Part shown: in pieces, positions 39,220-52,387 of the stretch
How the letters are laid out: each line of letters begins with the position of its first letter
Numbering within the stretch: position 1 is the first letter of the stretch
NCBI GenBank assembly: GCA_965153285.1
Contig: OZ229113.1
Direction: 5' to 3' (one strand)
From: Podarcis tiliguerta
Taxonomy: Eukaryota
DNA: 64,000 nt
Position numbers and translations under genes: made by a program
Notes under the pieces: model-generated
Databases searched by the model: none
The model's input: only the letters and a program-made list of their open reading frames with translations
Told to the model about the DNA's origin: nothing

Positions 39220-39753
39220 TGTTGTGAGTTCGGGGGATGGGATGGGGTGAGGTGGGGAGGCTAGGCCATATGTCTGAGTCCCTTCTAATTCCTGCATCCA
39301 GAAAGGACTCCATTGCTGGAATGGCCAGGCTAGCTTCTTGGTGCAATAATGGCCCCCTAAGTATGGGCCATTACGGTAACAAACAAAGTGGCTCTGTGCC
39401 AGAGGACAAATGGTTACCCTCCCTCCCTCAACTGGGTGATAGTTAGAAGACCAAAAGCAAGGGTGAGTGTGTGAGAGCTGGGCTAGAAGCAGGAGGCCTG
39501 CAGAAGCCTGAGAGGGAGAGAGTTGCTTGCTTTCTGTTTGAATCCAAGACCGTGGCTATGGGAGAAGCAAGACCCTTTGGGGGTGGGTTTCATGTTGAGA
39601 GTCCCTCCATCATAGGCTCAGGTTGTATATATGTGTAAATAAACCATATCTCATAAAGGCACCACAGTCTCCGCTATGCCTCATTCCTAGAAAACCAAAC
39701 CCTGGAACCCTCTGGAATCTCACACTGTTCAGAGACCGGAGTGGCATGCAAGA
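39220..39753 (+). mobile_element. probable solo LTR
   Basis: TGTTGTG...TGCAAGA ends, GC-richer body, AATAAA at 39638; TSD not clear. Confidence 0.5.
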
Positions 39754-40667
39754 AGATATTGCAAACTACCACCACTCTACAACTAGGCAACAAAAAACAG
39801 GGTTCTAAAATGAAATTGAGCATATTGATTTATTGCTAATCAATACTTTAAACAGATAATGACCATTTTATTAGCAAGATACATATGATGATGATATTAT
39901 TTATGAATCTCCAGTGATAGCTGCAAATATGTAGCTCTTATACTGTTTTCATGGCTTTAAAAGTCACTGTTATTGATACAGCCAAACCTGATGTATCACG
40001 GAAGCACAAAGGTACAGGAATTCTTGTACATATATAATTTATTACAATAGAATAACACTGACAATTATTTTGCTTCTCTAGTAGCTTTTTCTTCCAGTAT
40101 TCTACACAAGATTAAGTGTGATTGAATTTCACTTCTTGTTCAGCAGAGTTAACCTAATAGTCCCCCCCGCCCCCGGTTTGGAGATGGAAAATGACCAGAA
40201 ATGTAACCACACAGTTGCATATCTGTAGTAAAAATATGTTGTTTCCTATTGTAATATCTGCTTGGTCCGAAGAGGTTTTGTTTATGCTGAATACCTTATG
40301 TAACAGTTTACTGCAGCCCCATTCATCTAAATGCCTTAGCTTGCATTAAAAACATTTAGCATTTCAGAAAGCACTGTGTTAAATTGTATTAGGGCTACAT
40401 AGGAATCAGAGGGTTGTATTCTCCCTCTTCATGGGAATAACAGTCCATATTTGGAAAAAGGGGTACATTTCCCTGGAAAAAGAAAGGTAATTTCTTTTGG
40501 AAATTTTTACACACTGTTACAAGTGTAGCTTGGAACAGACCAATATCGGCTGAATAATTCCACATTAGAGCAGTGAGGCTATCTGAAGCTTCATGTACCC
40601 ACAAGTAAAAATAGATGTTATACATGGGCTTCAGCCTCTTAAAAAGAAGAAATAGTTTGCATAGCAA

Positions 40668-40804
40668 GGAACACAGGAAACTGCCTTATACAGAGTCAGA
40701 CTATAGGTGCCTCTGATCACCAGCAGCTCACTAGAATTTCAGCTAGGGGTCTCTCCAAGTCCAATCCAAGTCCATGCTAGGAACTGAATCTGAGACCTTC
40801 TACC
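40668..40804 (-). mobile_element. Squam2-like SINE, left part (interrupted; resumes 42097-42125)
   Basis: GGAAACTGCCTTATACAGAGTCAGAC tail and GGAACTGAATCTGAGACCTTC B-box region; related to 49425-49590. Confidence 0.7.
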
Positions 40805-42096
40805 CAGTGCCGGATTTATGTATAGGCTAAGTAGGCTGAAGCCTAGGGTCTCTAATTCTAGGGGGCCTCACCAGCCCTCCCTCTCCCCAGCGGGCAGTCT
40901 CCCCTTTTCCAAAATTGCAAACCCAAGACTTCATGCTAGGGCAGGGCCACTCGGACCTCTAAGTCTAGGGGCCTCACCAGCCTGCCCTCTCCCCAGTGCC
41001 GCAGTCTCCCCTCTCCCACCAATAGGGAGCAGCTAACCAATTGGGTACTACCAAACAGCGACCCCTATTGCTGAAAGCAGGCAACCAGCAGGGAGTGCTT
41101 CAGCTCAGCCTTTGCGCTGTTTACTAAACACCCCCTGCTGTGCAGATAATGAAGAAAGCTCATAATTTGTATCCCTTCTGGCAGCCTGGCTGGTGTAAAC
41201 CCTGGTGAACCAGAAGCACAGAATAGCAGCAAATAAAATCTGCTCATATGTCAACAACTGACAAGACTTGTCAACCAGTTCTTCCAAAGTCTTCCTAAAT
41301 TATAAAGCTCCAAAATGCAGGCCAAAAGAGAGCAGGTCTGGGAAGAGCGGGGCATACAATGTGCACCACCAGCGAAAAGGCCCTGCTCCATGTAACTCCT
41401 GCCCTGTCATTTGATAGAGTGCCCACTTGCCCTCCTTCTTGACATGGAATGCTCTCTATTAGAGGTTAATCAAGCAAGCAAGCACACAGGTCACCTTTGT
41501 CACAGTCAGGATGCCTATGTCCTGGCCAGGCCTGCACTCAATCTTGTTTTTGTACAATCTTGTTTGGCCTCAGTAACCAAAATTATATTATCAACATATA
41601 CAAGCAGAAAAGTTGTTTACCTTCATTTGCAAGGAAAAGCGGCACTAATAAAGAAAAGTTCCAGGGTGGTAACAGAAAGCAAACTAAAAATGCTTTTGCA
41701 GTTCATCAAAACTATCCATCAATATCAAGTTATAGGAAAACAGGTGCTATTAACAGTAATCCTTCTAGCTGGTTAATTGGTTCGGCAACTTCCATACACA
41801 TGACGTGTGATGCTAATTGTTTCCCTCAAGAGTTAAATGATAACTAATCAGAGGCAGCTACAGGAGAGCTATGAGATTCAGGTGAGGGTCAGATGCCTTG
41901 TCAATCCCAGCAGGTGGGATTCACAGGCTGCAATGAATTGTGAATTGTAGAATTTTAAATACCTGTCATCATCCTTGGCTTCACTCAGTTTTGTTTATAA
42001 CACTCTTCCATTTTCTTCTAGTTGTGAGGGTGGGGGATGGGGAGAGGCCTCACAAGTGGAGTAGCCTAGGGGCTCTCTTCATCTAAATCTGGCCCT
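40805..42096. mobile_element. non-autonomous hAT element, about 1.29 kb
   Basis: TIR CAGTGCCGGATTTA / TAAATCTGGCCCT; 8-bp TSD CTTCTACC / TTTCTACC; subterminal GCCTAGGG and GGCCTCAC repeats at both ends. Confidence 0.78.
41595..41847 (+). pseudogene. Ty1/Copia gag-end and protease remnant
   Basis: YKQKSC (decayed H-X4-C), linker, then WLIGSATSIHMTCDANCF (cf. Copia WxxDSGAxxHMT). Confidence 0.6.
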
Positions 42097-42329
42097 TTTC
42101 TACCACTGGCCGATGGTCTTTTCCATTTATAATGGCTAGTGTTTAAAAAAGAGGGTTATTTGCTTGTGTTTATCCCAAGCCTAATTCAGCAGCAGTGGTA
42201 ATCACCAACCCTCTTCATTTGTGACTAGAAGCAATTTGGTAACCAATGCATGCTAACCTCCCAATCTCCGTTTTTAATGTACTATTGTCATGTTCATGAA
42301 GGTAGGAGAGGGGGGAAAGTGCAATCCTG

Positions 42330-42660
42330 TTACTTCTGCTATATCTCTTGAGTGGCTATTGATGTCATCACCCATGACATCTTACTGGGTTGGCTTCATG
42401 GGTTAGGGTAGAAGGCACTGATTTGCAATGCTTCTGCTCCAACCTATGGAGGTTGGTTAAAGAGAGTTGGACTGGATGACTGTACTTACCCCCACCCCCT
42501 GACAGTTGTGCTCTGAAACAATGGAACAATCTTGTCCCCAAGGCTGTTTGAGATTAAACTGAATACTGACAAGCCCCTGTGGGTGGATGTGGGAATTAGG
42601 TGTTCTGGATAGGATTGTAGGATCAGGCAGGACAGGTTCAAGGATCCCTAGAATCATCAT
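42330..42660 (+). mobile_element. old L2 RT-domain fragment
   Basis: Degenerate HDILLGWLHGLG..GTILSP..KLNTDK. Confidence 0.6.
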
Positions 42661-42684
42661 TGTTATTGGACCACAGTGGTTAAG

Positions 42685-43316
42685 AAGTCCCAGAAACTCC
42701 AGTGGGCGCAGAATGCTGCAGCGATGCTCCTCACGGGGTCTCTGCCATGGGAGCATATTCACCCAGTGCTTTTCCAGCTGCACTGGCTCCTGGTGGAGTA
42801 CAGGGTCAGATTTAAGGTGCTGGTTTTGACCTTTAAAGCCCTTCATGGCCTAGGACCCTCGTACCTATGGGACCACCTCTCCCGGTATGCCCCACGGAGG
42901 ACCTTAAGTTTCATAAATAGTAACACCCTAGAGGTCCCGGGCCCTAAGGAAGTTAGATTAGCCTCAACCAGAGGCCTTTTCAACACTGGCTCCAGCCTGG
43001 TGGAATGCTCTGTCTCATGAGACCAGGGCCCTGCAGGATCTGATTTCTTTCCACAGGGCCTGTAAGACAGAGTTGTTCTGCCTGGCCTTTGGCTTGGACT
43101 CAATTTGATTCCCTCCCCCTCTTTTTTTTTTTCCTTTCTCCTCCTGTGATGAGGCTGCATTTTAATGTTTTAATGTTGTATTTTAATCTTGTTTTTTAAG
43201 TTATATTTCAATCAACTTGTTTCTATTATTGGTTGTTAGCCTCCCTGAGCCCGGTCTTAGCTGGGGAGGGCGGGGTATAAATAAAATTTATTATTATTAT
43301 TTATTATTATTATTAT
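42685..43316 (+). mobile_element. young L2 LINE 3' end
   Basis: QKLQWAQNAAAMLLTG..HIHPVLFQLHWLLVEYRVRFKVLVLTFKALHGLGPSYL; tail GGGCGGGGTATAAATAAA(TTA)n. Confidence 0.95.
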
Positions 43317-43350
43317 AAGGTTGAGCTTGTATTCCCATTCCAGTTACTCC

Positions 43351-43537
43351 NNNNNNNNNNNNNNNNNNNNNNNNNNNNNNNNNNNNNNNNNNNNNNNNNN
43401 NNNNNNNNNNNNNNNNNNNNNNNNNNNNNNNNNNNNNNNNNNNNNNNNNNNNNNNNNNNNNNNNNNNNNNNNNNNNNNNNNNNNNNNNNNNNNNNNNNNN
43501 NNNNNNNNNNNNNNNNNNNNNNNNNNNNNNNNNNNNN
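43351..43537. other. assembly gap
   Basis: Run of N. Confidence 1.
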
Positions 43538-45017
43538 TTCAAACTGTGTCAAGCCAAGTCAGGCTCTACACTGACAGCACTACTGAAGGGCAATGAGGTC
43601 TGTTTTCTGAGCCTCACGCATGAAAGGGAGCATATCAGCAATGACGAACAGTACCGTCTCTTTGGCAGGAGAAGGAAGGAGAGCTTCAACTGAAAATTCA
43701 GTACTTATACCTCTCAGAATCTGAAGATGGTCCTGATTGGCATATTTTTCATGTGACACCCTTGGCCACTCAACTCAGTTGAGTTCATGTAAGCATGTTT
43801 TGCCCCACTGAGTTGGACAGACAAATTGTTAGTCTCTGCTAAATGCAAACTGTAGAAAAATATGGTGGGGGGAAGCACACTGTGAATTAGAAGTTGGCTG
43901 CACAGAAATATCTGAAACATATTTATACTTTGGCACATATATTTGACCAATGCTCATTCTTTTTAAAAGGGGGGAAATGTAGCTGCCACATGGGGACATG
44001 CTTACATGTACAAGTTTGGCTCAGGAATGTTGACTAAATTTTCACTGAACATTGTTGCTTATTATAACATTTTGACGTTTCGTGTCCAATTGCCAGACAG
44101 CCACCCACACACTCAGCTGCCATAAGGTAACTGTGAGCTGACAGCTGTGTACAAGCAGCTTTTAACTCTCTCTGACAAAGTCTCATGTTGTTACTTCCAC
44201 CTAGACCGTAAATGCAGTTCTATAAGGACAGCAGGTCAAAGTATCCTAGCTGCAGAAACAGCTAGAGTTTGTGGTTATTATAAATAAAATATCACCTTGA
44301 CATTTGCTTCAGCATAATCTCCCAGACCCTCTCTAACCTTTGTAAATGAATATACATATAATAACTGTTAGATTAAGGAGCTTTTGTCTTGGATGCTGCG
44401 CCTAAGCTACCCTTGAAACAGAAATAATTACAACTGCCCTTCAACTAAACTGCGATTTAGCAGCAGAAGAATGCAATTAGCTACTATTTCACTGTGTCTT
44501 CTCTGTCTTTGAAGAGGCAGATAATCTTCTTTGATGTTACTTTGTTCCAAAAGTACATAGTGGATTAATATACAGGCCTTAGGTGGTAACCTTAGAAACA
44601 GAGAATATGAATTCTTGAGATGGAAGTCCACTAGAGCTGAAAATTAAACCATTCCCTTTGTTCTTCTGTAATGAAAGAAAGCTAAAGATCCAGCCAAGTA
44701 CATACATAAGTAAAGTTAATAGAATTCAAAATATATCTTCATATAGCCTTCTCCTTTGTCGCCCTGAGTTCAGATTGTGACTCCCAAATGTAAGACAAAG
44801 GTAAATTGTGAATCACATGGGATAGAAATACAAAGTGACACACTTTGGCATCGGAGTCTATTCACATGTTACTGAAATGGGAGCATCTTCTAAAAGTTAT
44901 TTAAAATGATGACATGGAACCATATTTAGGGTTAAAATTAAAAGTGCTGTGATTTATTATCATCACAATCATTGACAACAACAAAAGATTCAGTCAATTT
45001 CTGTCGCATACATACTA

Positions 45018-45110
45018 GCTGCACAACACTAAACATACTTACTCAGAAGTAAATTCCACTGAGTTCAAAAAGACTTACTCCCTTTAAAAAGCACGTTTAG
45101 CACTACAGCC
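45018..45110. mobile_element. about 90-bp palindromic repeat element
   Basis: CTAAACATACTTACTCAGAAGTAA..GAGTTCAA..TTACTCC; same family as 57701-57790 and 11160-11235. Confidence 0.65.
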
Positions 45111-46141
45111 TTTCTTGAGAAAGTACAGCTCTTAGAGATGTTTTGACATTGAATTAAACATAACATAGTCAAGGTGGTTTTTCTCTGTCAGAGACTGAAA
45201 GTAGATCAATTCTGTTTGTAGTTCAAAAGTCCCCCCCCCCTTTACTTGCGCATTAAAGGGGAGTTCAGGGGAAAGAAATTGAACTAATTCATTATAATTA
45301 TTTATTCTGATGTATAATATATTTCAGAGGAAAATATAAATTGTGTTTAAAACTCAGCACACCATTATTCATGTGTACTTCTAATTGAAAACATGCCCTT
45401 TCTCTGGGCACCCATGTACTGGATTGTAGATAGCATTTGTTTGTTTTCTAAATGAAACAAATTCCCAAAGATGGATTAGAATACTAATATTTTTACTCAA
45501 GACAAATTTCATCATAACTCTTATATGTGCTTGCCAAAGGTATATCTTCATCCGTTATTTTTTAAGGTAAAGTTTGTCATCATCATCTTTCAGTCATTGT
45601 ACCACAAGCCCATCTCCTGGACTAATTTAACTGTTTTTAAAAATTATTATCATCACAGGGATCTATTACTATGAGGTCAGAAATCCCTTTTAATTTCTCT
45701 TTGTTGATTCGCTAAGCAACACACAGTTACAAACTAAACAGAGATGCAACTTTAGAAATAGACAGTGTAATTTTTAAGCTGAAGCAATTTAATGGTGTTA
45801 TTTACAACAGCATGCAGAGTCATTTGAATAAGGCCATAGAAAGGGGTTGCAGGGAATTCTTACTTGACGACAAAGGCATTTTCTTTTTAAAAGTAACCAC
45901 TGATGTCCACCCCTTGCTTCTGCAATATGGATGGTGCTTGAAAGAAATTTCTAGATAGACATATTGATCCCGAATCCTGTAGCACCATATGCATTAATGC
46001 TGGCATGGAAAATTAAGAGGGTGTGGAGTTGGGACAGAAAAAGTTGTGTTAAAAAAAATCAACAAGCCTACCGAGACATATAATTTAGTCAGCTTCTGCA
46101 AATTGGATTAATTAATATTATATTTGTTTTAATGGCAATAA

Positions 46142-46160
46142 GTGTGTGTGTGTGTGTGTG
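46142..46160. repeat. (GT)n microsatellite
   Basis: About 9 units. Confidence 0.95.
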
Positions 46161-46164
46161 CTTC

Positions 46165-46235
46165 ATGCATTGCAGTGAGTTCTATTAGATGATGTTTGTG
46201 GTCCCTTCCAACGCTACAATTATATGATTTTATGA
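46165..46235 (+). mobile_element. CR1 terminal remnant
   Basis: GGTCCCTTCCAAC plus degenerate octamers ATTATATG, ATTTTATG. Confidence 0.7.
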
Positions 46236-47852
46236 CCGGAAATTCTTCCATGACTTTGTTAGATGCAGCCTACAGAACTATGAACCTTTGTTTAAAAGTG
46301 GTGTCCACACTTAATTAACTGATACAGAGAAGAGTATTTAATAAGAAACATGAGCAAAGGTTGGAGAATCCCCAAAAGGAGTTGAAAAGATGAACCACCA
46401 GAGGAGAAATAATAGGCGGAATTGTCGTAGAAGTTCAAATCCCAAAAAGAACTGAAGAATGAACTGACTGTTGAAGAAAGTGGTCAGGAAGAAAAACAGA
46501 AGATGGGTCAATAAGATAAATAAGCTGTAATTGTACAAATGAATAAATAGTATAAAGAGGAGAAAGCCGAGATCCTCTGAGAGGTTTTATAACAATAACA
46601 AGTAAATAATAATAATTAATGTCAGGGGAAAGCAGAGGGGTATGAGCAAGAAGAAGCAAATTAAAAGTAAGTGGCATTTTGTAAGTGACTTTATTTATGG
46701 AGTAGCTGAAGCCAAGTAACAAAAGGGAGAAGTAATTCTCAACTTTTCTATATTTTTCTCCACCTTTTCCCTCTGCATTTACTTCTGGCATTAATGCACA
46801 CACAATTACCCGACTTCCTAATTAGCATATTACTTTTGGACATCATTTTCTTTTAAATACTGCTAAATGGCACTTCTCATTAACTGAAGCTGGGGAAAGC
46901 ACCAATTGCGGACTAATTTCTGTACTTCTTAAAAGCACACCTGATAGACTGATCATTCCAGCTTCTAATTTTGCATGTTGAGGTGCTATGGCTCTAAAAC
47001 ATTGCAGCTCCCTTTGCTTTCTCGTCACCTCTCACCCCCACCCCCCAGTTAATATAAGAATCTAACTGCCCTTTTTATTCCCTGCTTTATAATGGCTGTC
47101 ATTGGATAATGGAGGAATCAATCAAACATATTTTCTTCATGTCCCCACAGCAACTGAAGTTTATTATTTTTTACTCCACTGACACCGAGAAGGCTGAATC
47201 AATATTGACAAAACATCAACTCTTTTTTTGAAAAGTTAGGCTGTGATGGCTCTCAAAACCTAACAATTTCACATCTGACCAAAACGTGAAAGCAAATCTT
47301 GAGCTTGCTCTTGATATATAATGTATCATGATTTATTTATTTTTTGCAGTGGGTGGGAAATTTACGTTATTCATATATTGAATAATAATTAAAATTATTA
47401 TCCCTTTCATGGGTGTCATATACACATTTACAAGAGCAAAAGCCATTGATGTTGTTAACCAACTAGTCTGGGTACAATGCATTCTTTCGATAAGGTTAAG
47501 AGTTTATTTGCTGTACTACAAAAGCTCCTGCTCTCATTGCTACGTGCATGTTTTCTTGCAAACTTCTGAGATTCTGAAAATATTGTTAGCTGAGATAAAG
47601 CAAAAAAGAACCCAACAGCCAGTCTCTATGGATTCAAGAATTTGATACAGAATGAAAAATGAAACAGTGAATAATTTTCCAAGTTATTCATGTAAAATTT
47701 AAGATAATCATGAAATGTTGCAAGAACAGCAGTCACATCTCTAGTGTCAATGGAAACACTGTCAACATGCAGGGGGCAACACCAGTGATGATGCTCACAT
47801 GCCAACCACACATGGATGTAGGCCATGAATTGATAGCGAGAGATTGAAAGAG

Positions 47853-47855
<3 letters not shown>

Positions 47856-47887
<32 letters not shown>
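47856..47887. repeat. (TC)n microsatellite
   Basis: 16 units. Confidence 0.97.
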
Positions 47888-47892
<5 letters not shown>

Positions 47893-48201
47893 AAAACCCT
47901 GTCATGTCATTTCTCAATAGGGGTTTTCCAGCTTAGTTGTCATCATGGTGATCTCATTCAGACCAAGGTAGAGCAGAGGTTGTGGGAAGGCACCAGAGAT
48001 TCCTATGCTTGCGAGGTGCATCTGAGGCATCCAGAGATCAGGGGAGCCACAACTCCAATGGCCTCTGGGTGCTTCAGATACACTGCACATCCCCTCCTGA
48101 TGGACATTTTTGTAAGATGTCTATGAATTAGACTCCAAGATTTCTACCCATCATTTTTTTTTTTCCGTAGAACTAGTGTTAATTCTTGATCATCATGGCT
48201 C

Positions 48202-48580
48202 AAGGGTACCAACTTGACCCCTGGACGGTTAAGTCCAGTCAAAGGCAACTATGGGGTATGGCGCTCATCTTGCTTCAGGCTGAGGGAACTGGCGTTTGCC
48301 CACAGACAGTTTTCTGGGTCATGTGGCCAGCAGGACTAAACCACTTCTGGTGCAACAGAGGACTGTGACGACTGCCAAAGCGCACTGAAATGCTGTTTAC
48401 CTTCCCACCACAGTTGTAGCTATTTATCTACTTGCACTGGTATGCTTTCAAACTGCTAGGATGGCAGAAGCTGGGACAGAGCAATGGGAGCTCACTCCCT
48501 CACACAGATTCAAACCGCTGACCTTCTGATTAGCAAGCCCAAGAGGCTCAGTGGTTTCAACCACAGTGCCACCCGCATTC
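48202..48580 (-). mobile_element. older Sauria SINE (Squam1)
   Basis: Reverse complement is collinear with 37635-37991 (TATTTATCTACTTGCAC, CTGCTAGG..GGCAG..GCTGGGACAGAGCAA); CpGs decayed. Confidence 0.92.
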
Positions 48581-49268
48581 CACGGTAAGTTGGCTCCTAT
48601 GTCGTGGCTTCTTTTTCAAAAAATAAAATGAAACAATAACCATAATACAGGAGAATGAATGTTTCAAAAGAGACATTGTCAAAAGGAGCAGCACAGCAAA
48701 ATGTTGCTGCAGAAAAGGACATGAAATACTTTATATAATCATTCTTTAGTTTGCATAAATGCTTTTGCCTGGAAGGTCACTCCTCTATTTGGGATTACAG
48801 TGTATAAAAATGCACAGCACACTGTACAAGTATGTAATCCTGAGACTGATAAGACTTCCGAAATAAATAAAGCCATAATCTACAAAGAATTGTAATCGAC
48901 AATAAATGAAGATCAAACTGAACAAGGCTGTAAACAAAGAGCATGTAAAAAGAGATATCACAATTAACAGATTTTGATATCATTACATTTGCATGGCCGT
49001 GGAAATACACTCTTTCATAAGCAGAGAGAGTAGTGTGATTTAAGCACTTTTAAACTAGAAAACTCATTTAGTTATTTTATGGGGTAGGACACTTAGCTGT
49101 AAATTATTGCTACAGGTGTGTGAGAGCCATATAAATTGTCTCCTATGATATGACTACTTTAAAATATACAGTCAGCTAACTGCACTGGCTGAATTTAAAG
49201 TACCTGATAACTATCGGGGGTGAGTATGATGAAGAAGCTAAAAGTAATCCTGGAAATCAGAGTGCTGG

Positions 49269-49352
49269 GGAGGGAAGGGAAGGGTAGGGAAGGGAAGGGA
49301 AGGGAAGGGATGAGAAGAGAAGAGAAGAGAAGAGAAGAGAAGAGAAGAGAGA
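49269..49352. repeat. (GGGAA)n-(GAGAA)n pentanucleotide microsatellite
   Basis: Compound polypurine repeat. Confidence 0.95.
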
Positions 49353-49424
49353 ACATGCAGTGTTTTGACATAGGAAAGCCAAGTTCTTATTCCAGTCAGC
49401 CAAAAATGTCAGGCCACTATCAAG

Positions 49425-49590
49425 CAAAGGACCATAGCTCAATGGTAGAACAGTCTCTGGTGTCTCCATGGAAAGCTGGAAATCTTTATTCCCTGAACCC
49501 CTAAAGAGCTGCAGCCAGACGGATTAGAAAATACTGTGCTAGGTGGACCTATGGAACTGACTCAGCCTAAGTCAGCTTCCCATGTTCCAT
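49425..49590 (+). mobile_element. Squam2-like SINE, internally deleted
   Basis: A box CATAGCTCAATGGTAGA; tail TGACTCAGCCTAAGTCAGCTTCCCATGTTCC. Confidence 0.75.
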
Positions 49591-50201
49591 GATTATTCAA
49601 ATAATGAAGTGGCTGCTTTCAGTTGTTAGATGTGTCAGTGTCACCCTGCTGTAGCCAGCAAGTAATATGTGCAAGTACTATGTGCAAGATTAAATTTTGT
49701 ATAAGCAATTGCAAACCGACCTTGCAATGACAGGTGGAAATGTCATAATTCCTTGTGTGGCAGTGGCTCTTTCTGACCGATCAACTACAGGCAGAGGAAA
49801 TATACAGACATAGACACAGAAACAACACAAGGATCATATAACCCAGCCATCATTCCAGGACCTTAGTTGAGGCAGTACATTAAACTAAAGCTAATTTAAA
49901 GGGTTTAAGAAAGCATACAATGAGATGAGAATTTTGGAAGGAGTGAGCAGAACTCACCAGCTGCCTTGTGATTCCTCCACCTCCCAAATGCCCCAGAATA
50001 ATGCTAAGTTTTAAAAGGGCATTCTGAGTGAAGATGGCACTCATCCATGGGCAGGAACCATCCCCCTTTCCAAATGCTTCTGGAAACAACACTGATTCAC
50101 AACACAGCTTTGTAGACACTCTGAGGGTGACCATGTTTTTCCTCTGCAGTTTCCACCTAAAAGCATTAGGATAAAGCGTGTTCTCTTTCATAGAGACCAT
50201 G

Positions 50202-50990
50202 TGTTGCGGTGGGGTCTAACAGGCCACCCTCTGTTGCTGAGCAGGTTAGTATGAATGACCATCCCCAGTGATTGGGCGGTTGGGTTACTGGGCAAATTTT
50301 GGTGTTGCCATATAGAGGGACGGACCAAAGGTTATAAAATCAAGTCATGCAGCACTGACTGGGCTCTTTTGCTGCATGCATCAGATCACCCGCCCATCCT
50401 TCCTAATCTAGGGCTATTGTGTTGACCTTGCTATGCCTGTCATGGGGTCGTCTGCTTTTGGGGCAGGGGCCTGGTAGGAATTTTGTCCATTTGGCTGATT
50501 GGCTGGTGCCATTTGGTTTTTGCCTACCGCGTAGCAAATCATCACAACTTGTAAGGTTGCGGTTAGGCATTGGTTAAAAATTGGTTGGTGGAAGGGTAAG
50601 GATTGGCGGTGCCTGCCCCTCCAATGCTGCTGCTGCTGCAAGGGAATTCCGTTAAAGGAATCCAGGGGCTTGCCATTCTTTTGTCTGTACCCCTGAATGG
50701 GGCTTAGGGCCGTGCAAACCCCAGGGAGCATGCGGGGAGGGGATGAGGGTCTGGTGCCCGGCTCCATGCTCTCCCCAATATTGTTTTCCCTTATTGGCTT
50801 TTGCTGGAATCCGGAAACCAGTTCTGTCCCTGGGCGTGGGAACAGATAGTCATAACCAATGCCTAAGCAACCACTCACATTTATGTATTTTAATAAAGTT
50901 GTGGCCAAAAGTATGCCAAAAACTTAAACAAAAATTATGTGTGAATTGTGAATTATTTAGGGGTGGCTTGGGGGACCTCGATACACAACA
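50202..50990 (+). mobile_element. solo LTR-like element (789 bp)
   Basis: TGTTGCG...CACAACA termini, TATAAAA near 50333, AATAAA near 50892. Confidence 0.7.
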
Positions 50991-52387
50991 TCAAGTCCCT
51001 CAGCTTTTGGGCGGACTTGCTCTATTTGTGTTTTACACTTGTGTTGGCACAACACTCTGTGGGCAGCTGCATTACCAGATATTTAGAGGAATGGATATAC
51101 TTCTTAAGCTTCTTAAGTAGTTAAAAATTACATGTGTTTCTGCCTGGATTTTAAAACATTTTCCATTTAAAATTCACACAGAAATGGGAAAGACATAACC
51201 CTTCTCCTATGCAGAACTGGGATGAACTTTAATGGGTTTGTTTGTCCCTATTCCCACTAGGAGAAGTCTCTTATGGTTAAAGGGGCCATGATGCATTATC
51301 CTCCATTTGCTGCAATGACATCGGGAGGATGGTGTGTCAACTGTGGTTTTCAAACTGGCACTTGCAGACTCAACAAAACGATACTGCACAAAATGGTACT
51401 TCATCAGACTGGGGAAGTAGTGCCAAGGTGAGTTTCGTGGGTAGTGGGGCTTATGAGATGAGGGTCCTCCAGAGTGAGAACTAAGGGCAATTCCTTCATC
51501 CTGCCCTGCCCCTCCTCAAAATCCATGGTGGCATCATTATAAAGGCCAAGGTCATTGTAAAGCTGCTTGATTAATTAGGAATGCCTTTCTAAGTTGATTG
51601 ATTACAGAAAGGGAGTTTTGTTACAAAGCCTTCCTAAATGCCAGATGAGGGTTTTTGGATTTAAAATAAAAGCATATTTTAAAGAGAAAAACAGCAGCCT
51701 GAATTGTTCAAGGTGAATTGTGGCAAACATCAAAATACAAAATTAAAATAAGTAGCATATTATCCTCTTCCAAGGAGGTCGATTGTTCAGACTTCTATGC
51801 TTTCTTGCACATTTTCCTGTAATAGCAGAACCTGTCACCCACATGCTTTATTTTTTATTTGTATTTTTTATCATGTAGTGTGCAGGAATTTAAGTCAGAT
51901 CCCTCCACCCCCAGTTAAGCTTTCACTATTCCAATAATTATTCTTTCAGCAGTTGATGAGAGTTTTCAATTCTGATTCAAAATGTTTAAATATAAACAGC
52001 TTGTGCCCTCAGGATGGATTTTTAAATGTTACATGTACAGCCCAGTAGTTGTGCTTTTTTAACAGTTATGGAAGAAAAGGCTTTAAGAAATGCAGGTGTC
52101 CTAGCCTCCATATATATATATGATTCCAATTTACTTTGGGTGGTTAGAGTAAGGCATCTCTGATAAAATGATTAGAGCTGTGTGGAGAGATTGGGTGGTG
52201 CCAGCGTGTATTACCACATTTTTCCATGATGGTGCCTGCCACCTTGAAGAAAGTGGTACTCTGACCATCCCTGAAAAACAGCAATATCTTGCACCTGATA
52301 GTATTTAACAACAACCACCTAGTCACAGATATATCATTTTGGGGCAAGAGGATTATGGTGGTGTAGTTGCAGACATTCTTGGAGGAA

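Noticed and set aside
43297-43596. ORFs spanning the second gap
   Set aside because: Almost entirely N
45864-45950. Minus-strand exon candidate with CAA|GTAAG donor
   Set aside because: Weak acceptor and unrecognisable peptide
50414-51120. 164-aa and 125-aa ORFs
   Set aside because: Lie in or overlap an LTR-like element; no gag, pol or env motifs
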